Shown: positions 37,592 through 46,406 of the stretch, one piece after another
How positions within the stretch are numbered: the first letter of the stretch is position 1
Layout of the letters: each line of letters begins with the position of its first letter
The notes under the pieces: model-generated
Told to the model about the DNA's origin: nothing
Database searches by the model: none
Seen by the model: only the letters and a program-made list of their open reading frames with translations
Position numbers and translations under genes: made by a program
NCBI GenBank assembly: GCA_049627085.1
Contig: JBMZWX010000005.1
Coordinates: 9,395 to 73,394 of the forward strand
Reading direction: 5' to 3'
Origin: Flavobacteriales bacterium
Lineage (GTDB): Bacteria > Bacteroidota > Bacteroidia > Flavobacteriales_D > Sanyastnellaceae
Length of the DNA stretch: 64,000 nt

Positions 37592-38623
37592 ATGTCTTGG
37601 AAACCACACTTCGCACTGGCCCTCTGGGCAGGATGCCTGTCTTGGACTGCGCACGCGCAGCTTCGTGTGGTGAACGGCGGGTTTGAGTCCCATTTGGCTT
37701 TGCCCAACGCGACGGGGCAGTTGCACTTCTGCGCCGATTGGTCCGGAAGCTTGGGCACCTCCCAGTCTTTGGATTACTACCACAACGACGGCACAGGGGC
37801 GGGCGACTTGCCCCAAACCCCTCTGGCCAAGGTGGCCCCCCACGGGGGGGATGCGGTGGCAGGACTCGTGGCCTTCAGTGACGAAACGTCCCCCCGCCAC
37901 GAGTACCTCACGGGCAAGTTCTCGCAGCCCTTGCAACCTGGCCAGCGCTACAGCATGAGCTTCGCCCTGACGTCGGGACGTGTGCACGATTGGGTGGACG
38001 CGGGCATGGGCATCAGCGGTCTTGGCGTGGCCATGGGGTTCGGCGCACCCGTTCAGGTGGGGCACGAGAAATTGGACCTGGACGCGCAGTTTGAAATCCA
38101 CGAGGCGCTCGTCGATTCGGATTGGCGCAATTACACCTTTGTCTTTCAAGCCGACGAGGCCTACACCCATTTCACGTTTGGGCTTTTGGGGAAGACGCCC
38201 CGGATCCGAGAAGACGCCGTCGAAGGAAGAACGCTGGCCTACTATTTCGTGGACGACTTTTTCATCGAGCCCACGGAGATGCAAATTTCCTCCAGCCACA
38301 GGCCCATTCGAGGAGGCTCGACGCCGGAACCTGATGCGGCCTTGTTCGTGCCCAACGCCTTCACGCCGGACTTGGACGACGTCAACGACCGTTGGACGCC
38401 GAGCCTCCCGGAGGATTGCCACGCATGGATCACGGTGACAACCCGTTGGGGCAATGTGGTGTGGCAGGGAGAATTGGCTGGCGCACAGGCGCAGGGGCAA
38501 GGATGGGATGGCTTGGACATGGATGGCAAGAACTGCCCTTCAGGTGGGTACGCTTGGTCCATCCGAATGGAAGGGCCTGAAGGCGTGACACAACACAAAG
38601 GACTTCTGCAGTTGATTCGTTGA
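37592..38623 (+). CDS. Secreted jelly-roll/CBM-like protein with T9SS type-B (gliding-motility-associated) C-terminal domain
   Basis: Start trimmed to MSWKPHFALALWAGCLSWTAHAQ. It has an NGGFE CBM_4_9-like start. The C-terminus (FVPNAFTPDLDDVNDRW...GLLQLIR) matches the TIGR04131 pattern. Confidence 0.8.
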   Translation: MSWKPHFALALWAGCLSWTAHAQLRVVNGGFESHLALPNATGQLHFCADWSGSLGTSQSLDYYHNDGTGAGDLPQTPLAKVAPHGGDAVAGLVAFSDETSPRHEYLTGKFSQPLQPGQRYSMSFALTSGRVHDWVDAGMGISGLGVAMGFGAPVQVGHEKLDLDAQFEIHEALVDSDWRNYTFVFQADEAYTHFTFGLLGKTPRIREDAVEGRTLAYYFVDDFFIEPTEMQISSSHRPIRGGSTPEPDAALFVPNAFTPDLDDVNDRWTPSLPEDCHAWITVTTRWGNVVWQGELAGAQAQGQGWDGLDMDGKNCPSGGYAWSIRMEGPEGVTQHKGLLQLIR

Positions 38624-40155
38624 TGTGGCAACGCAATGGGATGACGACATGGCCTTCAGCGCTTCCTGAAGGCTTGGGAGGGGAATGGGCCGGGTGGTCC
38701 CAAAGGCCAAAACAATCCACATGGTCGGCCGCACGTCGCCATGCTTTTGTGATTGCCGTGAAGCGGCAGTATGCCGCCCAAGGTTGGACTCCTCCAAGGT
38801 TGCAAGACCTCGAGCAGAACAACTGTCGCGTGGTGACCGTCGGCCATCAATTGGTGGTGTGCGGCGGACCGGCTTTCTTGCATCACAAAGTGCTTTCGGC
38901 CATCCGCACCGCGCGTGGACTTGAGAACGCGTGGGGTGTGCCGGTCGTGCCCGTGTTTTGGATGGCTTCCGAGGACCACGATTGGAAAGAAGCTGCCCGT
39001 GTGGATGGCCAGTTGAGCGCCCACAAATGGACTCCGGATGACGTCTCGCGGCCCAACCCCGTTGGGCGTTTGGCCATGCACGGTCTGGACGCGTTGGTGA
39101 GGGCTTGGGGCGAGGACGGCGCCCCAGCGTCTGTGGTGAACGATTTGCTCCAGGATTTGGATGCGGTGGAACGGGAAAGTGGCCGCTACGCCCAGGTGTT
39201 CTTCAGGTGGATGCACCGGTGGTACGGCGACCTCGGATTGGTGGTGTTGGATCCTGACGATGAAGCGCTGAAGGCGTCCTGTGCGGAGTTGTGGGCGCGT
39301 GAGATGCGCGACGAAGGGGTGCGCCATGCCTTGGAGGGCACGGCCGCCATGGAAGGGCCAGCCCACGTCAGGGACAACCAACTGTTTTGGTTGGGCGACG
39401 AAGGCCGTGTGGGCATCGTGAAGGGTGAAGAGCGTGGAGAGACGGCGGCTTGGAGGGCGGGGCAACATGCCTTCGTCGAGCCGGCCCCAGGCTGGGATGC
39501 ATGGGCTTCGCACGAGGCGGTCCGTTGCAGCCCAGGGGTGTTGCTTCGTCCCCTGTACCAGGAAATGCTGTTGGAAAGCGCGTGTGTGATCCTTGGGCCA
39601 GGTGAGTGGAAGTATTGGCATCAATTGCCCCAGGCTTTCGGCGCCCACGGGATGGCGTTTCCTGCGTTGCGCTTGCGCGACCATGGCTTGGTGATGTCTC
39701 CCGAATTGATCCAATCGGGATGGCAACCGCGCGACGGCTGGATGACGGTGGAGCAGTGGGAAAAGTGGGTGTTGGACGGCTGGATGGAGGCGCATCAAGA
39801 CGTCTTGGCCTCGCACCACGCCGCCTTGACCGAAGCCACCTCGGCCATTCGTGCGACAGGCATGGAGCTGGCCTCGGAATTGTCAGGGGCCGGCGGCGCC
39901 TTTGAAAAAGGCGTGGACAAAGCCTGGACCCAATGGCTTAAGAAGTTCAGGCGGGCGCTCAAGTCCAAGCGGGCCGAAGCATGGGTTGCCTCTCAGGAGG
40001 CACAGAAAGCGCTGATGCGAGAAGGAATACCTCAGGACCGGTGGGCCAACTGGCACGTGCTCGCAGGGGAGGAGGTGAATGCGTGGAATGAGGCGTGGAT
40101 GGCGGAGCCTGAGGTGTTGACAACTTCAGTTTGGCTTCACCGCCCCCAAACCTAG
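38623..40155 (+). CDS. bshC: Bacillithiol biosynthesis cysteine-adding enzyme BshC
   Basis: It has the blocks VGHQLVVCGGPAFLHHKVLSAI and PVFWMASEDHDWKE and is ~510 aa long. ATG 38623 overlaps the preceding stop by 1 nt (TGATG). Confidence 0.85.
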   Translation: MWQRNGMTTWPSALPEGLGGEWAGWSQRPKQSTWSAARRHAFVIAVKRQYAAQGWTPPRLQDLEQNNCRVVTVGHQLVVCGGPAFLHHKVLSAIRTARGLENAWGVPVVPVFWMASEDHDWKEAARVDGQLSAHKWTPDDVSRPNPVGRLAMHGLDALVRAWGEDGAPASVVNDLLQDLDAVERESGRYAQVFFRWMHRWYGDLGLVVLDPDDEALKASCAELWAREMRDEGVRHALEGTAAMEGPAHVRDNQLFWLGDEGRVGIVKGEERGETAAWRAGQHAFVEPAPGWDAWASHEAVRCSPGVLLRPLYQEMLLESACVILGPGEWKYWHQLPQAFGAHGMAFPALRLRDHGLVMSPELIQSGWQPRDGWMTVEQWEKWVLDGWMEAHQDVLASHHAALTEATSAIRATGMELASELSGAGGAFEKGVDKAWTQWLKKFRRALKSKRAEAWVASQEAQKALMREGIPQDRWANWHVLAGEEVNAWNEAWMAEPEVLTTSVWLHRPQT

Positions 40156-40175
40156 GATGGCATTGAGGAGGCGTC

Positions 40176-40183
40176 TAGTTTTG
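40176..40183 (+). promoter_or_regulatory. -7 promoter box TAGTTTTG, 8 nt from the HAD-like gene ATG
   Basis: An exact TAnnTTTG: TAGTTTTG-acggcctc-ATG(40192). Confidence 0.5.
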
Positions 40184-40191
40184 ACGGCCTC

Positions 40192-40617
40192 ATGAGCGAC
40201 CACACTTTGAAACCCGCGCAGGATGCGCAAGGCCTGAATGCCTCTCCGCAATTGCCTGACGACGTCAAGAATTACTTGATCGACATCGACGGCACGGTGA
40301 CTGAAGACGTGCCCAACGAAGAGCCCGAGCGCATGGCGACGTGCCTGCCGTTTGAAGACGCCCTCGAGACGTTGAACCGCTGGTACGACGAAGGGCACAT
40401 CATCACCTTTTTCACCTCACGCACCGAGGAGCACCGCGAGGTGACCGAGACGTGGTTGAACAAGCATGGATTCAAGTACCACGGCTTGTTGATGAACAAG
40501 CCACGTGGCGGCAATTACCACTGGGTGGACAACCACATTGTGCGTGCCACGCGATACGAAGGTCGCTTCACCGACTTGGTCCGAGAGCAGAAGACCGTCG
40601 AGGTCTTCAAAAGCTGA
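40192..40617 (+). CDS. Small HAD-superfamily phosphatase-like protein
   Basis: 141 aa with the DxDxT motif LIDIDGTVT and a downstream TSR motif. The family assignment goes no further than the superfamily. Confidence 0.65.
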   Translation: MSDHTLKPAQDAQGLNASPQLPDDVKNYLIDIDGTVTEDVPNEEPERMATCLPFEDALETLNRWYDEGHIITFFTSRTEEHREVTETWLNKHGFKYHGLLMNKPRGGNYHWVDNHIVRATRYEGRFTDLVREQKTVEVFKS

Positions 40618-41059
40618 AGTCGGGCAAGGGCTTGCGCGCCGTCCCTGAAGCGCCTTCGTCCAAGTGGCGTTGAAGGATGAGGCTGGCCGCAATGGCGTCC
40701 AGGCTTCCTTTTTCGCGGCGCTTGGAGGCTTTCATGCCGCCCTGCAATTGGATGCGCGAAGCCTCTTGTGAGGTGTGTCCCTCGTCGACGAAGTGGATTG
40801 TCAGATGGGGGTAAGCTTTCTTCAGGTCGGCGACCACCTTGTCAATGTGCGGGGTGCTGTCTGTGGCCGTGCCTGCGATGAGGTTGGGCTTGCCTACGAC
40901 GAATCCTTCCACCTCGTGGGCGTCGATGAGGGCGCGGAGTTTGGCCATGAGCTCAGAGGTCTTCACCGTTTCCAGGGGAGAACAAATGAGCTTCAAGTCG
41001 TCCGTGGACGCCACCCCAGTGCGAACCCCGCCAACGTCCAATCCAATGAGTCGCGCCAT
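40607..41059 (-). CDS. ruvX: Holliday junction resolvase-like pre-16S rRNA nuclease RuvX (YqgF)
   Basis: 150 aa with a MARLIGLDVGGVRTGVA N-terminus. Its 3' end overlaps the HAD-like gene by 11 nt. Confidence 0.93.
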   Translation of the reverse strand: MARLIGLDVGGVRTGVASTDDLKLICSPLETVKTSELMAKLRALIDAHEVEGFVVGKPNLIAGTATDSTPHIDKVVADLKKAYPHLTIHFVDEGHTSQEASRIQLQGGMKASKRREKGSLDAIAASLILQRHLDEGASGTARKPLPDFSF

Positions 41060-41063
41060 GTGC

Positions 41064-41071
41064 CAAATGTA
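41064..41071 (-). promoter_or_regulatory. -7 promoter box TACATTTG, 4 nt from ruvX ATG (leaderless candidate)
   Basis: An exact TAnnTTTG on the minus strand: TACATTTG-N4-ATG(41059). Confidence 0.55.
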
Positions 41072-41096
41072 GCCATGTCGCCACAGGCTTGCAGGC

Positions 41097-41104
41097 TACC
41101 TTCG
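41097..41104 (+). promoter_or_regulatory. -7 box variant TACCTTCG, 4 nt from dapD ATG (leaderless candidate)
   Basis: TACCTTCG-cggc-ATG(41109). It is back-to-back with the ruvX box inside a 49-bp intergenic region. Confidence 0.45.
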
Positions 41105-41108
41105 CGGC

Positions 41109-41933
41109 ATGAATGCATCAGAATTGAAAACGCAAGTTGAGGCGGCGTGGGCCGACCGCGCCTTGCTTCAACAGCAGGAGGTGAATGACGCCATTGCCGA
41201 GGTGATGGCGGGCTTGGATGCAGGCACGTTGCGCGTGGCACAGCCGCTTGACGACGGGACGTGGCAGGTGAACGAGTGGTTGAAGCAAGCGGTGCTGCTC
41301 AATTTTCCCATCCAAAAAATGGTCACCCAAGAGGTGGGGCCCTTCGAATTCCACGACAAGATGCCGTTGAAGAAAGGGTACGCGGCCGCAGGCGTACGCG
41401 TGGTGCCCCACGCGGTGGTGCGGCACGGGGCGTTTGTCGCCAGGGATTGCATTTTGATGCCTTCATACGTGAACCTCGGGGCGTATGTGGGGGAGCGAAC
41501 CATGGTGGACACGTGGGCCACGGTGGGGTCGTGTGCCCAAATTGGGGCCGACGTGCACCTGAGCGGAGGTGTGGGCATCGGAGGTGTGCTTGAACCGCTT
41601 CAAGCGGCCCCCGTCATTGTGGAAGATGGGGCGTTCATCGGGTCGCGTTGCATTGTGGTGGAGGGTGTCCGTGTGGGGCGCGAAGCGGTCCTTGGTGCCA
41701 ACGTGGTCCTGACGGCCAGCACCCCCATTTTGGACGTCCGAGGCCCTGAGCCCGTGGAGACGCGGGGTGCCATTCCGCCCCGGGCGGTCGTCATTCCAGG
41801 CACACGTCCCAAGGCGTTCCCGGCTGGCACCTATCAAGTCCCGTGTGCCCTGATCATCGGGGAGCGCAAAGAGAGCACCGACCGGAAGACCTCGTTGACC
41901 GAGGCATTGCGCGAGCACGACGTCGCGGTCTGA
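41109..41933 (+). CDS. dapD: 2,3,4,5-tetrahydropyridine-2,6-dicarboxylate N-succinyltransferase
   Basis: 274 aa with hexapeptide repeats and DapD blocks (VPHAVVRHGAFV, GVGIGGVLEPLQAAPVIVEDGAFIGSR). Confidence 0.95.
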   Translation: MNASELKTQVEAAWADRALLQQQEVNDAIAEVMAGLDAGTLRVAQPLDDGTWQVNEWLKQAVLLNFPIQKMVTQEVGPFEFHDKMPLKKGYAAAGVRVVPHAVVRHGAFVARDCILMPSYVNLGAYVGERTMVDTWATVGSCAQIGADVHLSGGVGIGGVLEPLQAAPVIVEDGAFIGSRCIVVEGVRVGREAVLGANVVLTASTPILDVRGPEPVETRGAIPPRAVVIPGTRPKAFPAGTYQVPCALIIGERKESTDRKTSLTEALREHDVAV

Positions 41934-41945
41934 CCCCACCTGCAT

Positions 41946-41953
41946 TACCTTTT
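41946..41953 (+). promoter_or_regulatory. Candidate -7 box variant TACCTTTT, 4 nt from the GT9 GTG start
   Basis: TACCTTTT-cgct-GTG(41958). Confidence 0.3.
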
Positions 41954-41957
41954 CGCT

Positions 41958-42980
41958 GTGGCCACGACGCGAAGAATTTTGTTCATCCAAACGGCGTTTC
42001 TGGGCGACGTGGTTCTGGCCACGTCCGCGTTGGAAGCGTGGCACGAGACGCATCCTGAAGACCACCTTGACGTGTTGGTGCGCCGTCCGATGGACGGGTT
42101 GTTCGAGGCCCATCCCTTTGTGCGTCGTGTCCTGGCGTGGGACAAGCGTCCACGTCAGAAGGGACGAGACTGGAGGCGGCTTGTGCGCGACACCCGAAAG
42201 GCCCGATACGACGTGGTGGTCAACCTCCACCGGCATGCGTCGTCTGGGGTGTTGACGGCCTTGAGCATGGCGCCGGTTCGGTTGGGGTACGCGAACAACC
42301 CCCTTGCGTGGCGTTTCACACACCGAGTGCCCCACAAGTGGGGCGACGGGACACACGAGGTGGAGCGTCATCTTGGGTTGCTCGCCGCGTTCGATTCGGA
42401 GGCCTTCACGCAAGGCGGGGGCCACCCCAAATTGCATCCCACGGAAGCCCATCGGGCGGAGGCGGAGGCGCTTGGTGCCAGAGGGGCGTTGCTGGTCATG
42501 CCCGGCTCGCAATGGGCCACCAAGGCCTGGCCGGAAGGGCAGTTTGCCAAATTGCTCGACCGCCTTGAGGTGCCGGTGCTGCTCTTGGGGGCGCCCTCGG
42601 AGCACGACCTCTGCGCCCGCCTGGCCCAGGGCCGGGACCATGTGGTCAATCGCGCAGGTGCGCTTTCCTTGTTGGGGTTGGCGGCCGCCGTGGGCATGGC
42701 CCGTGGCGTGGTGGCGAACGACAGCGCACCGTTGCACGTGGCTTCCGCCATGGACACGCCCACGGTGGCGTTGTTTGCCAGTACGGTGCCCCGGTTTGGG
42801 TTTGGGCCACGGGCCTCCCGACACAGGGTGGTGGAGCCCACCCCGGAGCTGGCCTGTCGTCCTTGTGGCATGCACGGTCGTAAGCGCTGTCCTGAAGGTC
42901 ATTTCCGGTGCGGTTGGGAGTTGTCCGTGGAGGACGTCAACCAAGCGATTCAGGAGGTGTGCGCTGGGGATGAAGTGTGA
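41958..42980 (+). CDS. Glycosyltransferase family 9 (heptosyltransferase-like)
   Basis: 340 aa with a GTG start. It has RILFIQTAFLGDVVL at the N-terminus and the VANDSAPLHVASA block. Confidence 0.88.
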   Translation: MATTRRILFIQTAFLGDVVLATSALEAWHETHPEDHLDVLVRRPMDGLFEAHPFVRRVLAWDKRPRQKGRDWRRLVRDTRKARYDVVVNLHRHASSGVLTALSMAPVRLGYANNPLAWRFTHRVPHKWGDGTHEVERHLGLLAAFDSEAFTQGGGHPKLHPTEAHRAEAEALGARGALLVMPGSQWATKAWPEGQFAKLLDRLEVPVLLLGAPSEHDLCARLAQGRDHVVNRAGALSLLGLAAAVGMARGVVANDSAPLHVASAMDTPTVALFASTVPRFGFGPRASRHRVVEPTPELACRPCGMHGRKRCPEGHFRCGWELSVEDVNQAIQEVCAGDEV

Positions 42981-43050
42981 ATAAATCCAGCCTGTTTTAG
43001 GGTGTTTCCGAGGGTCATCGTCGTCATCTTCGTGGTCCAACAATCGTAAG

Positions 43051-44169
43051 ATGCAGTTTATCGTATCCAGCAACCTTCTGCTCCGCCAGCTCCAAACGTT
43101 GAGCGGCGTCTTGAGCAACAGCAACACCTTGCCGATCCTCGACCACTTCTTGTTCGAGTTGTCCCCGGGCGAGTTGGCGATGACGGCCTCCGATTTGGAG
43201 ACCACCATGTCGTCCAAAATGGAGGTGCGCACTGAGGACACCGGCGCCATCGCCGTCCCGGCGCGGATGCTGCTCGACATTTTGAAAGCGTTCCCAGACA
43301 TCCCACTGACAGTGAAGGTGGACCCCGCGACCCACGCGGTGGAGCTCACCAGCGACGCAGGCAAGTACAAGTTGACTGGCGCCAACGGCGACGAGTTCCC
43401 GCAGTCGCCTGCGTTGGAGGGTGCCGTGGGGGTGGACATGGCGGCAGGCACGTTGGTCACCGCGATCAACCGCACGCTGTTCGCGGCAGGCAGCGACGAC
43501 TTGCGGCCTGTGATGAGCGGCTTGTTCTTTGAGCTGTACTCCGACAACGTGAGGTTCGTGGCCACCGACGCGCACCGCTTGGTGCGTTACGCCCGGACGG
43601 ACGCTTCCGCGCCCGAGACGGCCTCCTTCATCGTGCCCAAGAAGCCGTTGACCTTGCTCAAGAATGCAGCGTCTTCTGCAGAAGCGGTGAACATCTCCTT
43701 CACGGACAGCAACGCGTGCTTCACGTTTGACGACGTGGTGATCTTGTGCCGCTTGATTGAAGGGAAGTACCCCAACTACGAGGCGGTCATCCCCAAGGAC
43801 AACCCCAACCGCATGACCATCAACCGCGTGGCCTTCTTGCAAGCCATCCGTCGTGCGGCCATCTTCGCCAACAAGACCACCCACCAGGTGCGCCTGCGCA
43901 TTGCCGGCAGCGAATTGACGGTGAGCGCGGAGGATTTGGACTTCGCCAACGAAGCGACAGAACACCTCGCATGCAGCTACCTCGGCGAGGACATGGAAAT
44001 CGGGTTCAACAGCAAGTTCTTGGTGGACATGCTCAACAACCTCGCGGCCGAGGAAGTCAACCTTGAATTGAGTGCCCCCAACCGTGCGGGCATCATCCGT
44101 CCGAGCGAGCCTGAAGAGGCTGGTGAAGATGTGTTGATGCTGGTGATGCCGGTGATGCTCAACAGCTGA
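43051..44169 (+). CDS. dnaN: DNA polymerase III subunit beta (sliding clamp)
   Basis: 372 aa with a MQFIVSSNLLLRQLQTLSGVL N-terminus and a three-domain clamp length. It is not next to dnaA here. Confidence 0.97.
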   Translation: MQFIVSSNLLLRQLQTLSGVLSNSNTLPILDHFLFELSPGELAMTASDLETTMSSKMEVRTEDTGAIAVPARMLLDILKAFPDIPLTVKVDPATHAVELTSDAGKYKLTGANGDEFPQSPALEGAVGVDMAAGTLVTAINRTLFAAGSDDLRPVMSGLFFELYSDNVRFVATDAHRLVRYARTDASAPETASFIVPKKPLTLLKNAASSAEAVNISFTDSNACFTFDDVVILCRLIEGKYPNYEAVIPKDNPNRMTINRVAFLQAIRRAAIFANKTTHQVRLRIAGSELTVSAEDLDFANEATEHLACSYLGEDMEIGFNSKFLVDMLNNLAAEEVNLELSAPNRAGIIRPSEPEEAGEDVLMLVMPVMLNS

Positions 44170-44175
44170 TTGCCA

Positions 44176-44904
44176 TCACGACGTGCTCGGCGGATCGAAC
44201 GTCGGGACACCCGTGTTGGACTGAAAAGAGGAGGAGGCCGCGGCCTGTTCCTCTTTTTCTTTTTGGGCCAACGTGTCTGGGTGGTCCGGGTGGGCGCGCA
44301 TCCACCACTCGGGCAACGGAGCGTCCTCGGGCTCTTTCTCAAATTGGTACGTGGGGTCTTGCGGCCCTTGACGCCGGTACAACACGGCCAACGCCACCCC
44401 GACAATCGCCCCGCTGAGGTGGCCTTCCCAACTGACGTGGTCGTCGATGGGCAACATCCACCAGACGATGCCCCCGTACAGGAACGCCACAGCAAGGCTG
44501 ACCCGGAGCAGCATGCGGTTGTTGCGGATGACGCCACTCATGAAGAGGAAAGCTGCCAACCCGTAGATGAGTCCGCTGGCGCCGATGTGGTTGCCGTCCA
44601 CGGCGAGTCCCCAAAGCAAGAGGCCGCTGCACAGGAAGAGCCACACCCAAACCCGGAGTGCGATGCTCCTGTAGAAGTAGAACAGGAACCCGTTGAGTGT
44701 GAAGAAGCTCATGGTGTTGTTCCACAGATGCCCGAGGTCGCCATGAAGGAAAGGGTAGGTGAAGATGCCGCGCAGCCCGTCCCATTGTCGTGGGTGCATC
44801 CCGTGTTTGCGCCAGCCGAGTTCGAGCATTTCATTCAAGGCATACACCCCCCAGATGGCCAGCAAAAACACTGTGGTGAACCACAACGCGTAGGTGACGC
44901 GCAT
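44176..44904 (-). CDS. Rhomboid family intramembrane serine protease
   Basis: Start trimmed to MRVTYALWFTTVFLL. It has the HLWNN and GASGLIYG catalytic motifs. The upstream 365 codons of the ORF are antisense to the next gene. Confidence 0.88.
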   Translation of the reverse strand: MRVTYALWFTTVFLLAIWGVYALNEMLELGWRKHGMHPRQWDGLRGIFTYPFLHGDLGHLWNNTMSFFTLNGFLFYFYRSIALRVWVWLFLCSGLLLWGLAVDGNHIGASGLIYGLAAFLFMSGVIRNNRMLLRVSLAVAFLYGGIVWWMLPIDDHVSWEGHLSGAIVGVALAVLYRRQGPQDPTYQFEKEPEDAPLPEWWMRAHPDHPDTLAQKEKEEQAAASSSFQSNTGVPTFDPPSTS

Positions 44905-45034
44905 GCGGTCGGTGACCGTGCGTGGTGCCGGGGTGGGGGAGGTCGATGGGCTCACAGAATGGAAGATAGGGCGATTAACACAACCAATGTGAAAACTGCG
45001 CACGGGGTCTCCGACAGGGTGTGAAGGTGGCCGG

Positions 45035-45042
45035 TAGCTTTG
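45035..45042 (+). promoter_or_regulatory. -7 promoter box TAGCTTTG upstream of the SirB1-like gene
   Basis: An exact TAnnTTTG, 24 nt upstream of ATG 45067. Confidence 0.5.
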
Positions 45043-45066
45043 GAGCGGACCTAACAATCTGCCAGA

Positions 45067-46032
45067 ATGCAACCCAACGAAATTCACGCGCTGATTCAAT
45101 TGCTCGACGACCCGGATGAGGGGGTGTACAAACATGTGAGGGAGCAGCTGTTGGCCCGAGGCACTGAAGTGCTGCCGGCCTTGCTTGAGTCCCGTGAGGC
45201 CCACGCCCACTGTCCAGAACACGAGCGTCGCATGGACGAGCTGGTGGATGGATTGCACGGCGCGTACGTGCACCATGGGTTGCGAGACTGGTTCGACAGC
45301 GGGGCAGAGAGCGCCATCGAAGGGGCGTTGTGGGTGCACAAAGCAGCCGATCCGCTCTTGAACATGGACGAAGTGCGCGAAGCGTACGCCAAGCTCAAGC
45401 GGGACGTTTGGCTTGAGTTGAACGAGGAGTTCACCGCGCTGGAACAAGTGCGCATCCTCAACCACATCTTGTTTGACGCAGAGGGGTACACCAACGCCAA
45501 GAGCGGACAGCCCGACCCCAAGCATGCCCTTGTCGGCCATGTGCTCGGAGAGAAGAAAGGCAACCCCCTCGGGTTGGGGATTTTGTACTTGAGCTTGGCG
45601 CAGGATCTGAACTTGCCCATCCACGGGGTCAACCTCCCCAACCACTTCATCCTGTGCTACTGCGACGAGCACCATGTGCACCATGAATTGGCGGCCCCCG
45701 ACAACCAAACGCCGGGCGGTGTGCTGTTCTACATCAACCCCTTCAGCCAGGGTACGGTGATCAACAAGGCCGAGGTGAGCGAATTTTTGAGCCATCTGGA
45801 GTTGCCCGTCGATGAAAAGAACTGCGGTCCCTGCGGCAGCGTGGACATTGTGCGCCGCTTGATTGGCAACGTGGCATACGGGTTCGAGCGCAACGGCTTC
45901 ATCCGTCAGGCGGAGAAGATGCGTGAGTTGTTGTTGTTTGTGGAAAGTGGCGCCACAGAGACGTCCTCGACCGAGACGTCGACCGACGTGGACGACCACA
46001 ACGACGATGCGGCGCTTGGTGGAACCCTCTGA
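45067..46032 (+). CDS. SirB1/YchA-like transglutaminase-fold protein
   Basis: 321 aa. The block GNPLGLGILYLSLAQDLNLPIHGVNLPNHFIL resembles the SirB1 N-terminal domain. Confidence 0.7.
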   Translation: MQPNEIHALIQLLDDPDEGVYKHVREQLLARGTEVLPALLESREAHAHCPEHERRMDELVDGLHGAYVHHGLRDWFDSGAESAIEGALWVHKAADPLLNMDEVREAYAKLKRDVWLELNEEFTALEQVRILNHILFDAEGYTNAKSGQPDPKHALVGHVLGEKKGNPLGLGILYLSLAQDLNLPIHGVNLPNHFILCYCDEHHVHHELAAPDNQTPGGVLFYINPFSQGTVINKAEVSEFLSHLELPVDEKNCGPCGSVDIVRRLIGNVAYGFERNGFIRQAEKMRELLLFVESGATETSSTETSTDVDDHNDDAALGGTL

Positions 46033-46054
46033 CCTTCAAACGCAAGAGAATGCA

Positions 46055-46081
46055 AAGGCGCGGTCGAACCGCGCCTTTTTG
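46055..46081 (+). terminator. Rho-independent terminator after the SirB1-like gene
   Basis: AAAGGCGCGGT-CGAA-CCGCGCCTTTTT. Confidence 0.75.
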
Positions 46082-46107
46082 CGTTACTTTGGACGAAACG
46101 AGCAGCA

Positions 46108-46341
46108 ATGTGGACAGAACGTGACAACCGACTTGTGCGGGAATTCCGGTTCAAGGATTTCCAAGAAGCCTTCACCTTCATGACGCGGGTGGCCTTTTTG
46201 GCCGAATCCCACGCCCACCATCCGACCATGGTGAACACGTTCAGTTACGTGCGCGTTGAGCTCCACACGCACGACGCCGGAGGTGTCGTGACCCGCAAGG
46301 ACCACGAGCTTGCCCAGGACATCGACGCCTTGTTGCAGTAA
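46108..46341 (+). CDS. phhB: 4a-hydroxytetrahydrobiopterin (pterin-4a-carbinolamine) dehydratase
   Basis: 77 aa with the FKDFQEAFTFMTRVAFLAE..HHP motif typical of PCD/DCoH. Confidence 0.92.
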   Translation: MWTERDNRLVREFRFKDFQEAFTFMTRVAFLAESHAHHPTMVNTFSYVRVELHTHDAGGVVTRKDHELAQDIDALLQ

Positions 46342-46358
46342 ACGAAGTCTTGAAGACG

Positions 46359-46388
46359 AAAAAAGCCACCCCGAGGGGTGGCTTTTTC
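46359..46388. terminator. Bidirectional Rho-independent terminator between convergent genes
   Basis: AAAAAAGCCACCCC-GA-GGGGTGGCTTTTT. Confidence 0.8.
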
Positions 46389-46406
46389 ATGCAGTGCGTC
46401 GAGCCC

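Noticed and set aside
35197-37758. 853-aa ORF on the minus strand spanning the ACMSD end, the sigma and anti-sigma genes and two further genes
   Set aside because: It is antisense to five well-supported plus-strand genes. Its composition is R/G/P/H-rich with no recognisable motifs. It is a typical stop-codon-poor antisense frame of high-GC DNA.
41463-43565. 700-aa minus-strand ORF across dapD, the GT9 gene and dnaN
   Set aside because: It is antisense to three confidently identified genes and has a low-complexity R/P/G-rich translation. It is an artefact.
44905-45999. Upstream extension of the rhomboid ORF (track ORF 44176-45999)
   Set aside because: The extension is antisense to the SirB1-like gene. 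The rhomboid homology begins at ATG 44904.
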